Part shown: positions 63,742 to 64,000 of the stretch, piece by piece
How positions within the stretch are numbered: position 1 is the stretch's first letter
How the letters are laid out: the number at the start of each line of letters is the position of its first letter
Assembly (NCBI GenBank): GCA_045105515.1
Contig: JBGCDR010000064.1
Span: forward strand, 1,460-65,459
DNA length: 64,000 nt
Origin: Oligoflexales bacterium
GTDB lineage: Bacteria > Bdellovibrionota_B > Oligoflexia > Oligoflexales > Bog-1112
Reading direction: 5' to 3'
Notes under the pieces: generated by a model
Database searches by the model: none
What the model saw: the letters and a program-made list of their open reading frames with translations, nothing else
Told to the model about the DNA's origin: nothing
Made by a program: the position numbers and the translations under genes

Positions 63742-64000
63742 ATGAAAAAAGATTATAATGTTAAATTTGGTGATATATGGAAAATGGGTGAACACCGGCT
63801 CCTGTGTGGGGATAGCACTGAAAAAGTAATGCTCAAGGAATTTCTAAAGGAAAAGAATATTAAAGTCTGCATAACAGACCCACCTTACGGAATTAGCTAC
63901 ACATCACGCTGTGAAAATGAAGATCTATATAAGCTCAAGTTAAAAAACGATCATACCATTAGCTGGGGGGATGCTTTTCGCAACTGCCAAGCACCAGTTC
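63742..64000 (+). CDS. DNA methyltransferase (N6/N4 type), N-terminal part only (cut by the window edge)
   Basis: Not in the track (no stop within the window). AAGGAG RBS, ATG 63742. Translation MKKDYNVKFGDIWKMGEHRLLCGDSTEKVMLKEFLKEKNIKVCITDPPYGISY contains the G-x-H-x-L-x-CGDS and DPPY motifs typical of plasmid/ICE-borne orphan methylases. Confidence 0.7.
   Translation, partial: MKKDYNVKFGDIWKMGEHRLLCGDSTEKVMLKEFLKEKNIKVCITDPPYGISYTSRCENEDLYKLKLKNDHTISWGDAFRNCQAPV

Larger units (their letters stand above)
37340..64000. mobile_element. integrative conjugative element, left part (continues beyond the window)
   Basis: A tRNA 3' fragment sits at the left border. It is followed by a primase, a regulatory module, a full mating-pair-formation gene set, a coupling protein, a relaxase candidate and a methyltransferase. 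The orientation of the tRNA fragment predicts the intact tRNA and integrase beyond 64000. Confidence 0.65.

Noticed and set aside
1-64000. A search by eye for CRISPR arrays, rRNA, intact tRNA genes, retron-like ncRNA/RT and toxin-antitoxin pairs.
   Set aside because: I saw no regularly spaced direct repeats with unique spacers, no rRNA-like conserved blocks, no reverse transcriptase motif (YxDD) in any ORF, and no complete cloverleaf. A computational scan (tRNAscan-SE, Infernal, CRISPR finders) is still advisable.

Overview
AT-rich bacterial chromosome segment. Lipobox lipoproteins and F-type Tra genes indicate a Gram-negative-type host. The Cys/Asp-rich metal-binding-type repeats hint at a Bdellovibrionota/Myxococcota-like organism, which is unverified. 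All calls rest on reading the supplied translations and the DNA by eye; no searches were run. The window has four parts. (1) 1-17.2 kb is an accessory, conflict-type neighbourhood. It holds a Sel1-repeat protein, a WYL regulator, and a MoxR-like AAA+ / VWA-metallopeptidase / small-protein operon. It also holds a secreted SNase-type nuclease and a 1130-aa RecB-like nuclease plus SF1B helicase. It ends in a visibly more AT-rich stretch carrying a TIR-TM-helical-repeat protein next to a DUF4145-like / helical-repeat / SLOG-like protein. That pair follows Thoeris-like signal-generator plus sensor logic but has no recognisable effector, and it is my top candidate for an undescribed system. (2) 17.5-29.1 kb looks mostly housekeeping. 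An S41 peptidase gene is split by an intact IS66 element with an 8-bp target duplication. A rhomboid protease follows, then two paralogous lipoproteins, one with 9 tandem modules plus beta-propeller-type repeats. rmuC carries a duplicated 5' region and GC-rich mini-repeats. (3) 29.2-37.3 kb is a decayed island. It contains an unknown two-gene cassette, a nonsense-interrupted rve transposase, and a frameshifted excisionase-type HTH. It also contains a Type III-like mod/res pair and an integrase C-terminal stub, and it ends at a 25-nt tRNA 3'-end fragment. (4) 37.3 to beyond 64 kb is the left part of an integrative conjugative element (ICE). In order it carries an HTH protein, a nested palindrome/iteron region, and a Prim-Pol/DUF3987-type primase. 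Next come an embedded two-component/binding-protein/hydrolase operon and two proteins with only a sigma region 4. The mosaic F-type T4SS comprises TraU, a GspE/PilB-type ATPase, TraF/TrbB, a pilin candidate, TraL/E/K/B/V/C, a TraH-like protein and a TraG_N-only protein. It finishes with an FtsK-type coupling protein, a replication-relaxation protein, and an orphan methyltransferase cut by the window edge. I saw no rRNA, intact tRNA or CRISPR array. Several track ORFs begin at upstream alternative start codons, and I trimmed these to ATG codons with a Shine-Dalgarno sequence.
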